From: Lenisia limosa
Taxonomy: Eukaryota; Protista; Breviatea
Assembly: GCA_001655205.1 (NCBI GenBank)
Contig: LPNZ01010979.1
Location: 1 to 33,263 of the forward strand
Length of the DNA stretch: 33,263 bases
Direction of reading: 5' to 3'
The position numbers and the translations under genes are program-made. Positions 11,005 through 21,200 of this stretch are shown in pieces. The notes beneath the pieces were generated by a model. It was not told where the DNA came from, searched no databases, and saw only the letters and a list, made by a program, of their open reading frames with translations. Positions within the stretch are counted from its first letter, which is position 1, and each line of letters begins with the position of its first letter.

Positions 11005-14000
11005 TCAATACACAATAGGGCTCCATGAAGGGTAGGTGTTATGGGTTTTAACCCTATACACAATCGTCCAACATTGTTGTCCTCCTGACACTGCAATCCT
11101 GGCTTTCAATATACCGATCTCAATATCCTTACACAATCATAGTCGAATAAGAAAGGAAGTGATAGGGTTCAATAGAGAAATAAAATAATCCATCTCTTAG
11201 ACTTTCATACAAGACACACAACATGTTTCAAAATCAATGTTGTGAACTAACAACACGTTATCAGTTGCAAAACCTCAATAACCAGTGGAATAAAATCATA
11301 CCTCCGAAGTTGAAAGCAGCAGCACTGATACCATAGTCATTGGAAGGGATGCCCTTGAAACAGTAAAATGAGTAAAATGAGAGAGGTTTTAAATATTCAC
11401 GAAAACTATTACAATCACCATAACTTACAGGGTAATCTGCAACTTGAGACCTGAAGTGGTGTTCACTGAATAATTAATATTTACAAAGATACGCGCTTTC
11501 TCTAGTCAGATTTGAGATAATCTCAATAACATTTTCAAAAGATGAGTTGATTGAACGTAGGCAGCGAAAAGGATTCGCCATACTAGATTGGTTCTATCAT
11601 GACAGGGTACTCATTGAAATCAATCACAGCGCCGTTTTTAACTCCATTCGAATGCAAAGATGAACCACTTAGCATTTCCTGAGGTGTCAGCTGTTCGAAT
11701 ACGGGGGTTACTGTCAGAAAGATTGTCAACACACTTTATTATTAACCATGATATTAAAGTTGCTGTTATGACAGTATTTCGCCAACAAGTCTTCGCGGGT
11801 GGTGGCTCGTGGCAACTGGACCTATTGGGTTAATCTATTCATTTTGAAAACAGAATGCAAAGCACACAGAATAACATGATATTGGAATTCCATTGTAACT
11901 TTATGGATGAAAGGCTCCATGGAATGGCAAAAAAGTGTTCAAAGGAAAATTGAAGTCAAAAGTTGCAATACCTGTTGTTCTTGTCCATTGATTCGCAGTG
12001 TAACTTCAAATGAAAAGAGTGGTGGAATGGGTTGGTGGCTAAACATGAGAGAAGCAGAGTCGCAATAAAAATTATGAGAAAATATAATAATACTAAATAT
12101 GTATAACGTCTGTTAATAAAACACTATGATAAACCACCAATATATAACTGGTAAAAGTATATTGACATTTACACAAAACATTACAGACCCAATAATTGCG
12201 TTTTTACCTCACCACATACCAATTTGAGTGTTTCCCAAGAGCCCAAAGAGGGGACGGTGTGTTTGGATGGCGACCCTCCCAACACAGCATTCTGTTCAGA
12301 GATACCTACTTCAGTAATTGTGTATGTTTTTTTTTGTAAAAAAAAACCAAAGAGGTTTTACTATCAGTATGGTTATTTTCTTGTATGAAAATTTGATTTC
12401 GTTTTTGGCTAACCTTTTCCTTGATTTCAAGACCACTTTTACTGATATTTTCAGAAGTATGTCGAAACATTTTCTGGATGGTTAATACCTTGAGAGAAAA
12501 GAACTAGAAAATATTACGCGCGTTCAAACACTCTGTACTTTACTCTAATATTCGCATTAGAAATTCAAGAGGAAAATGTGAAAAAAATATTAGATTTGAA
12601 ACAATTTGGCATATACTCCTTCCTTACTTCTGAAGCAATTCGAGACTCTTCTGCTACTTCATTAAGCTTCATAACGGCATCGTGGTCATCAGGTTTACAT
12701 GTGTATTTCAGGGCAATTGCTTTCTAGAGCAATGATGGAACTGTTTTCACAATTAATCAGTAGGGAGAAATTATAACCATATTGTAATAGAATGACTGGG
12801 GAAGTAAAAATCCTACTTCAGATAAAAATGACAAGCTTACACATTTCTCATAAATTGGTGATTTTGCATCGTCTTGTTCTGACACTGAGGAAATGGCTAA
12901 GGAGTAAATGCGATTTTGGTCCAGAAATAACAAAAGAAATTGAATTTGATAATATAATGTTATTAGCACTTTGGTGGTTTTATTAGTACAGTAAAATACA
13001 CTGTTTGACAAAATCATGTAAGATACACCGAGAAGGACATGCTACTGAAGCAAATTGACGTCGTCAACATAACATACTTTCCAAAGCAGCCGAAACCGCC
13101 CAGGATCCCTCATAAGACTCGTGTGTAGCAAGGAGCGAGGTCAGAACGTTGGACGACACCTGGTGACAAGTACCCCTGAATGTGATTATTTAAACGTAAT
13201 GAAGGGTGCTATGTTAGGTTTCACAGAAGAAGAAATTCACAATTATATTGAATAAATAAAACAAGGTTGTAGCAGGCTGAAGCCATCAACACCTTACTAT
13301 ATTATAATATTGCATTTGTCTTGGAAAACGAGTCCAAGCCCGTTTGTTGGAGTAATAAGTAGTATCTATCTATGCATATTATACTACGTTGAATCTCCCC
13401 ACCATTGCGGAAAAGCGTATCTGGTGACTGAATTCGGAATAATCGCACACTCTTTTGAGAGAAATGACAATGAGGATTGGATGATGGTTGTTTGGGGGTC
13501 ACCAGTACAGTAATAACTCCCAACCTCCTATGTTCATTAATGGCCAAATACCATTTACTGGATTTTGCAAACTCTACACATATCATATATATCAGAAGAA
13601 ATTACATTTTCAATGCGCTAATAAACTAATTTTCAACACTGCATCAGCCATACAAAATACCCCACCTCTCTGTCTGCATTAGTGATGACAAGAGCACCAC
13701 GGATGTCAGTGAGCTCAATCACCTCACCAGATTCAGTCACGGTCTAACAGGTGAGGAAGTATAATGTACTAGAATAGATGTGTATAGTGTAATCACAAGG
13801 TACAAACAGCGTTTCAGTGGCTGAGAGAGAAAAAGCAAAAAATGAAAGGATCTAAACAACAGTCAAATAATTCAAATAATATCACATGAAAAATAATGTG
13901 TTAGCAAGAAGAGCGCCAGATTTATTTTCAGCAAGAAGATACCTTCAGCCGATCCTGTGATTTTGAATACTTGATTTGTCAGCTCTTGCTCACCCCCCCC

Positions 14001-14900
14001 CCCCCNNNNNNNNNNNNNNNNNNNNNNNNNNNNNNNNNNNNNNNNNNNNNNNNNNNNNNNNNNNNNNNNNNNNNNNNNNNNNNNNNNNNNNNNNNNNNNN
14101 NNNNNNNNNNNNNNNNNNNNNNNNNNNNNNNNNNNNNNNNNNNNNNNNNNNNNNNNNNNNNNNNNNNNNNNNNNNNNNNNNNAGGCGCTTTTTTTAGGAA
14201 TTCCCGACAGTAGAACCAACAAAGGGTATCATGGAGATGATAAGGTGACCATGGAGATGATGGTGTCACTATCGGACTAGAAGGTGACCCATGGACCTTC
14301 TACTATCACCTGCATCCGAGAGGTCTCCAGGTCTAGTACCATAATTGTCAGAGTGTCTCTAACCTCTCAAGGTGTAACTCCACCTCAAGAACCCAAAACC
14401 AACGACGTTGGCGCCAGATTGTTGCACAGACATTGAAAGTCATCCTTTTCAGTGTCAACTCCGATTCTTCAAATAATTCAATTTTAGAACAAAGGACACG
14501 CTGAATAAAAAATGAGATTTCATCGCTGTCGTTGCTTGAAAGCAAGTCCAACACAGTTTCTGTGACAACTAGTGCAAACACTGCAAATCCGGAGATAGTT
14601 AGTGCCAGGTCAAAGGAATGTCGCCTATCTTCCGTCGCAGATTGGGAAGACGGTGGCAATGAGTTCTTGAAAATAATGTATACTTTTGTTTTTATGTGAT
14701 TTTGTGGTTCAATTATATAAAAATTTAAAGTCTTATATCAAAATAATGAGAATTAAGTGCATTAATCCAAGTACATTTGTCAGGGAGTTCTTTACTCAAA
14801 GAAACGTTGGGTGGGAATCTCCCTCCCTTAGTAAATGAAGATGTTGGGGATGCTGAAATTGCCATTTTCCTCTTTGAGGTTGAAGTGAAGGCACTCGTTC
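11005..14900 (-). CDS. Multi-exon coding region, one or possibly two genes, hypothetical
   Basis: An in-phase chain from about 12870 down reads AISSVSEQDDAKSPIYEKC | KAIALKYTCKPDDHDAVMKLNEVAEESRIASE | VLTIQKMFR...EIKEK | VSLNRMLCWEGRHPN... | HQPIPPLFSFEVTLRINGQEQQ | VQLPRATTREDLLAKYC... | TPVFEQLTPQEML...IEPIY | EHHFRSQVADYP | GIPSNDYGISAAAFNFG. FNFGVHN loosely recalls an SGNH-type block. Exons above 13000 (for example TVTESGEVIELTDIRGALVITNADRE) could not all be phased, and a gap lies at 14006-14182. Confidence 0.5.
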
Positions 14901-14952
14901 TCCAGTGTATATTTATGGATACTATTCCGATTCATTTTTGGAACGTGTAGTA

Positions 14953-15000
14953 ACCGTACGTACCTTGTGGACCCTGACCGTACGTACCTTGTAGACCTTG
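14953..15000. repeat. 24-bp tandem duplication containing an AG|GTACGT donor-like site on the minus strand
   Basis: ACCGTACGTACCTTGTGGACCCTG followed by ACCGTACGTACCTTGTAGACCTTG (22/24 identical). Confidence 0.9.
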
Positions 15001-15129
15001 ACCACGACTGAGATGCGGTTTGTTATCTATAGCACTCTTAGTGAAGCCCTTGGACTTCTTTCAAGATCCCCTCTGCCAACACCTCTGTAATTAAGGTGAC
15101 CCAGCCTTATCAAATTGGAAGAAGTTCAT

Positions 15130-18050
15130 TCATTTTCGTTTCGGTAGCTGTCTTGACAAGCTAGTTTCTATCTAACACAGTTTGTCCCATTAAACACGGC
15201 AACATTCAAATATACAAAAAGACAACAGAAAAATCAGTATTGCTTGCACAAAAGATAAAATAGTATAGCATATTGTATCATATGATATACACAAAAAAGA
15301 GGAATTATAGTGATGGGTGTTGATAAATAATGATACTGAAAAAGTGACTTTGAAACACACGGGTGGGTGGCGGTATCATAACCTTGAACTGGTCATCCGT
15401 TCTCACCTGAGTCACAGAAACTGGGTTGAAGGCAACATTAAGAATAAAGACCGCAAGAACAGATAGGAATATCATTGCTCCGACAAACGTGGCAAATACT
15501 ATTGCTGCTGACAGGATTAAGTTCGGACAGATTGCAACAAGAAAGCAAGACAAAAAAGGAAATGTTACCAAATCAATTCATACTCAGCTAACATCTTTTA
15601 ACCGTGATTTGTTTTGACATTTTAAAGGTAACACAAATGTGCCAAACAACAACCCACCAACCATCTCCACTTCCCATTAGGCGTATGAGAACTAGTAAGC
15701 TGAAGCCAAACACTCCAATAAACACTCCTACGAACAAGCTCAGGTAGACGTGCGTGTAGTATTCTAGAGCTCTTAATATCAACAAATGGGAGCACTTGAT
15801 CGCAAAGCTCAAATCCTTCATGTTGTTTATTTCTTCGGAAAACAGAACAACCATGTAGAATTAATTGATAAACAGAATGATTTCAGTTTATTTTGTGAAA
15901 CACCATAAAATGATAGTTCCTGAAGGATTCATATTTCATATGGAGGTTGTAAAGTAATAGTAGATCAGATAGAAAATCAAAACAAAACTCTACAAACTTA
16001 TAATACAAAATTCCACTAACTGAAAGCTAATAAGTCAAACTTTGTCTCTCCAAACTTCCAAAAGAGGTTTTGGCGTATCTGTTGCCTTAGATTCACTCCT
16101 AAATACCAATTAAAGAACCCAAAATGTGATTCAACTACAAACAAAGTTGATATCCGGGAATGGTAAGATAAAAGGACTCAACTTTTATACTTGGGCAACA
16201 TCAAACATAACATGCTTATGATCGCTTATGATCAGCAGTACCTTGGATTACGACCTCTTTTTTGAGCATCACACTGTAGAAGACCACAAGATAGAAAAGA
16301 CAAACAAGGAAGTAGCTGAAAGAATCAAAATCACATTTATCAGAAATGGTAGATAATTCAACCCTTCACTCTGTGACGAGCAAGAGAAATCGGTAAGAAG
16401 ACCATGCCTACCAGATACAAACAGCAATGTTCACCCTGCTTTGAACACCGATGTCGTTCATTGTGGATGCCAGACAGAACACAACCCAAACTAAAAAAGT
16501 AATGTGGTGGGTGGGTTAAATTGTGATTTTGGGAAATACATTAATTATACGATAAACTAAGAGCTCAGAGAAAACCAACCTTGAGCAAGGGAAATTAGGC
16601 AAAAAATAATGAATGCAACCCTTCTGGTTTCCTCTTTTTGGGCACCTCTGGCCATTTTCTTGAGAAAACTGTTCGTAAGTTAGTAATTGCTGAGGTATAG
16701 TGTAGTTCTGTACCTAAATTACCTGTTTCTTCACAACTAAAAAAGAAAAATGGAACACAACGTCTAAGTGTCGATTAAATATTTCATAACAACCAATTTC
16801 CTCAACTTACCTTTCCTGTTTCAAAACAATCGGCTTGATTGGGGTTAGGATGAGAAAGGGCCCGAAGGACATCATTACAGCGGCAAATAGCAACCCTGTA
16901 AAGCATTAGAAATTAACTGTTAAGCCTTTCAGGGCTTTGTCCATTTTTTTTCCTTTGATCAAAGTAAGTCTCTCTGAATTAATCGTGAGAATTACAATGC
17001 ATTTTTCATCTTGTGCATCTGCATTTATTGTGGCATATGTTTGGGTCCTTTAATAGGCTTCAACTCTCTTTTTTTATCAAACAACATTCTCAATAGCAAA
17101 TCCGATCTTGGCATAGCATAAAGTAATACTGTAGAAAGAGTTGGCTAACATTCAGATTTGCTGATCGCTCACCAGCTCTAGTTGACGCTGAGCCTGAGCC
17201 ACCCAAGGCCACAAAGAAAGCTGTCACTCCAAACCACCTGAAAGAGTCATTGCCCCAACCAAGCCGATTGTTTTAAAACAGGAAAGGTAAGTTGAGGAAA
17301 AGAAGAGTTTTTTTTTTAACGAGATTGGTGGCTTGGTGGGGTGGGGGTAGTTGGAAATCATGATTCGACGTTTTCCGTATTCTACCAGAGCATCATCAAA
17401 CCACAACTCACCAGGCAGCAATGGTGTAGCCCAACGCCAAAAGCCGAGGCGATGACAAACTCCATCGGAACGCTGTTTCAACTGCCGAATTAGTGTCAAG
17501 TACAATAAAAGCCAAGAAGAAATGTATTATACATACGGTTTCTGAAAATACAAATTCCAACTATGATAACTTGGAAAGAATAGAAATGACGGTCACACAA
17601 AACAAAGATAGGCAATAGGCCAGTAACTATTTTTGTTCTGTGGTGCTACAAAGCCATCATGGAAATCTTTCCATCATGCTAAATTAAAAAAAAACTATTT
17701 TTCTCCCATTCCCGTCATACTATACTTTTTCGACGACAGAGATAACGTTGACACAGCAACAAAAGCTGATGCAGAGTAAAGCGCCTGTCGAGTTACACAA
17801 GGAAAATCTATTCTGATTGTACTGTAACTGCACTCTCAGCGGAGGTGAAGCGCGAAAGAGTTCATAATTCAGAAGGTATTGCAACGAAAGCGAGTCCTAA
17901 TATCCAAATTGTCCAATAACCATTTAAAAGCCATTATATTAAAGCTAAATACCCATATTAATGGGACCAATTACCAACAAACCGCCTCTAGCATCTGTAA
18001 TAGAGGAAAGAAGAGATTTACACAACTATATCTAAGCTTCTTTTGAACAT
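15130..18050 (-). CDS. Multi-exon multi-pass membrane protein of unknown family
   Basis: Hydrophobic exons joined in phase: IIVGICIFRN(L)ETAFRWSLSSPRLLALGYTIAAW | WFGVTAFFVALGGSGSASTRA; VAICRCNDVLRALSHPNPNQADCFETGK | VQNYTIPQQLL...GNQK | VWVVFCLASTMNDIGVQSRVNIAVCIC | YFLVCLFYLVVFYSVMLKKEVVIQG; YLSLFVGVFIGVFGFSLLVLIRL; AAIVFATFVGAMIFLSVLAVFILNVAFNPVSVTQ | IETSLSRQLPKRK-stop (15130). The start (candidate ATG at 18050) and some junctions are tentative. Confidence 0.55.
16797..17300. repeat. 48-bp inverted repeat pair (16797-16844 and 17253-17300) with a 408-bp spacer
   Basis: The reverse complement of 17253-17300 matches 16797-16844 at 46 of 48 positions, and the match ends sharply on both sides. 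Confidence 0.95.
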
Positions 18051-18275
18051 TTTTATCTCTGACTTACTACACTCTAAAACATAGCCTGCGATAGCCTTGA
18101 TGTTTTGATATTTTGATTGCCAAACGGTGGACCCTCCTCGGGGTCGACCCCCACGTAAATACAGTGTAAAAGATTCAATTCCTGAAAATTAGTACCTGAA
18201 GACGTGTAATCGTATTATTTATTGTTTAATTTATTTCATTAAATATAAACAATGCGGTCGGGAGAGTAAGCAGCA
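18051..18275. promoter_or_regulatory. Candidate compact bidirectional promoter between divergent genes
   Basis: About 225 bp separates the candidate minus-strand ATG (18050) from the plus-strand ATG (18276). It contains an isolated GC-rich near-palindrome GGTGGACCCTCCTCGGGGTCGACC at about 18127-18150. This depends on the tentative minus-strand start. Confidence 0.35.
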
Positions 18276-21200
18276 ATGGCTTTATTAAGTTGTTCACAAC
18301 TATTGCTCTTCTTGTTGATCTTGACGGGTAAGTAATGATTTTGATGTAAATAACAGGGTAATTCTCACATCCCAGGCTGGAGTCTTCGATCCTGCCAAGG
18401 TTCTGAGGCAGAAGGTGGAGTAGTTCTCATTTTTGGTGAGATTGATGGCTTAATTCAGAACAGCGATGGAGATCCCTATGCCAACTACTTCATTGATGAA
18501 GATATTGAGTGGGTAGGATAGTTGCTTTGGAATGTTGTTAGCTAATCACCACCAGATTGTTTGTTTGTTTGGTTTTTCCATTCACCACATAGGAAACTGT
18601 GGTCCTTGAACGATGAGAGCTCTTCAATTGTTGCAGTGGATGGTGAGTAAATACCTTATATAGTATTGGATAATTTGGTTGCACAGCGTTGCTTTTTTTT
18701 TTTTCTACCTCATGAATTATTAAATTTATTTTGCAACAGTTGTCCATCTTAAATATTCATCGCCGTGATTGATTTAGTGTACCCTCTTTAACTCCTCAAC
18801 TAGTTTTGGGACAGCTCCACACCACATCGCTGTCCAGTGGCAGTAGAGAGTTGATCAATATCCACGAAAAGGACCCCAGCCTACCCACCTTGTTCAAAGG
18901 CGCCAAAATATTCACTGAACGGCATTTTGAGGCGGTTTACGTTTATGACAGTGGGTTAACTCGAGAGCTTCAGCTAGTTATTTATATATCATATCAAAAG
19001 CTGGTTAATTTAACCGTTATCTTCCTAGATGAGACGATTATCGAGATTAAACCCGATCAGTTCCGTCAACTTGTTTTCACAAATTCCTCCGAGGTAATCA
19101 TCTCACTTTTTGATGCATAGATGTAATATTTTGGATAACCTCTCCTTTTACGTACGTTCACAATGGTATTGGACCGAAAAGGGTTTAACCATATCACTTT
19201 TTGTAATAGGCGTTCACACTGTAACTCCGCTATTAGACTATGAACTTCTCGTCGATAATGCACTTCTTTGCGGACTATGTTGTGGAGCTGAATGCCACAT
19301 ATATGACTGTGACCGTTGGTGCGCTTGAGGGAATGTATCCATATATTAATCATCCAGTATTATTATACCATGCTGTATGATATACAAGTATAAATCATAT
19401 GTATATGTATGATATAATATAATAGTAATTATACTATAATATATGATATGTATAGCGTGTTGAGTAGTAATTGTACTATCTGATGTGATATACATTATTG
19501 GCTGAACACCACGGCTAACTCAAATCTTCACTATTATCATTTATATTTGATCTCTCTCACTTTCTATATTACATTTTTACACTGTATTTTGACATGTCTT
19601 TAGCTGGAGCACCTTCCGAAGAAAGTGTGAGCTTGCTCTTTAGGAACCAAAGATTTGTCACAAGCATACTTGGAGGAGTAATGGCGTTTTTTACACGAGG
19701 ACACGCAGGAGTTCGCGGTATTTGGTGTTTTTTTTGAGTTGCTATGAAAATACCGATGATTGGAGAGAATTTTCTTTTGACAAAGGAGGTACGGAGAGAG
19801 AAGTTTACAGTGTGTTAAGCGGAAATTTGTGTAATTGTTTTGTCATCCATCTCTTGTTTTGCTGAATTGTTTATTGCGGTCGTCCAATAGACACATACAT
19901 GTACATATCATACTGTATATGTGGTAGGCCTGACCCTATACCCACCCCAGTACCTCATGTGCATATGTTGGATGAACACCCCAGTACCTCATGTGCATAT
20001 GTTGGATGAACACCCCAGTAACTCATGTGCATATGTTGGATGAACACCCTTACATTGCGTCCTTATTGCTAACTAAAACATTTCGTCCTCGTTATTATAC
20101 TTACTCCGACCGCGATAAGTCCTGACATGATTGACTAAAGATTAAGCTCAATATCCATGGCAGGACTTCACGGTCAGTGTACTTACTTTTTTACATCATT
20201 TAAGGTACAATCAATTGCTAATTGAGCATAGCTAGCAACAACATGATGATCCATCTCAATGGGGCTTTCGAACCAGACTGGAACTTTTTTACCCATGGTG
20301 ACGAGTGTGAATTCGGTCTGCCTTTTCTCGCATGTGCAAACTTTATGATCTCCGATCATGATCCCTATCCTTGTATGTGAAGGGAAGAATATTTCTGAAC
20401 GTGTTGTCAACTAGATCTGCGATTGTTTTGGTGCGGTAATTGCTTGTTTCATATTCTATGCATTATAGATATTCACAGTTCAGTACCTGCAGTAGCACGC
20501 TATGATGCCTTCTCTAACCTTGGACTGCGCACAATTAACATGTAAGTTACCTATTCTGATTGATAAAGATACTCCGCTGTCTTTTATTGTATAGGATAAA
20601 CCCCATAGATTCTGATGGGAATCCAATTCAGACAACTAACACTTCTATTCATTTCGAGTATCCATATGGGATAATTCGATTTGAACGAGGTAGGTGTATC
20701 CGTGTTGTCGTATCTTAATCTCGATAGTAATATGGATTTACATGTAGAAGAGAATAATATTGTAGCATTGTTATGAACTCGGTTTCGGCTACTACCCATT
20801 TTTATTTCTCATTTCTTGATATGTACACTGTAGTCGATTGTAGAAGTTGGCACTTTGTTTATAACCCAAGTAATATGTTATAAAATTTTATACTCCAGAG
20901 GACAATTTGGTACAGTGTAACTACATACATTTGCTTGTAAATGATGACGATTCCTTCACCAATTTCCAAGCTAACAGAACGTGAGTGGGTCAAAAAAAAA
21001 TCCATATGGCGTCATATAACCCAAAAAAGATTCAGTATCTTCTTATTCAGTTATTTTGAATCGTTCACGCTGCTCAAAATATCAAATATAATTTTGATGA
21101 TATGTACATATCGATATTGATATGATATACACATTGTGTTTGATACTATTGTATAAATACGTATAGTAGGAGTAATATACTATCATACAGTATATACAGT

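Noticed and set aside
13040-13150. VIT/VWA5A-like C-terminal motif (LTSLLATHESYEGSWAVSAAL)
   Set aside because: This is only a loose resemblance to QxxDGSW, the neighbouring exons could not be phased, and no VWA MIDAS motif was found.
17165-17240. GPI ethanolamine-phosphate transferase or ALG8-like call from FFVALGGSGSAST and SFGPF
   Set aside because: The matches are very short, and SFGPF is in a frame that hits a stop in the next exon. There is not enough support to name the gene.
17156-17453. Independent plus-strand protein-coding gene (..KPIVLKQER|ASSNHNSPG..)
   Set aside because: There is no plausible upstream start or exon chain. The donor is explained by the inverted duplication, and the minus-strand exons overlapping it are phase-consistent. 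It is kept only as a possible antisense splice.
18290-18360. HAD-family DxDG motif (ALLVDLDGVILTS) via a 29-nt intron
   Set aside because: That frame has no start codon. The alternative frame gives an ATG, a signal-peptide-like segment and downstream glycoprotein-like exons.
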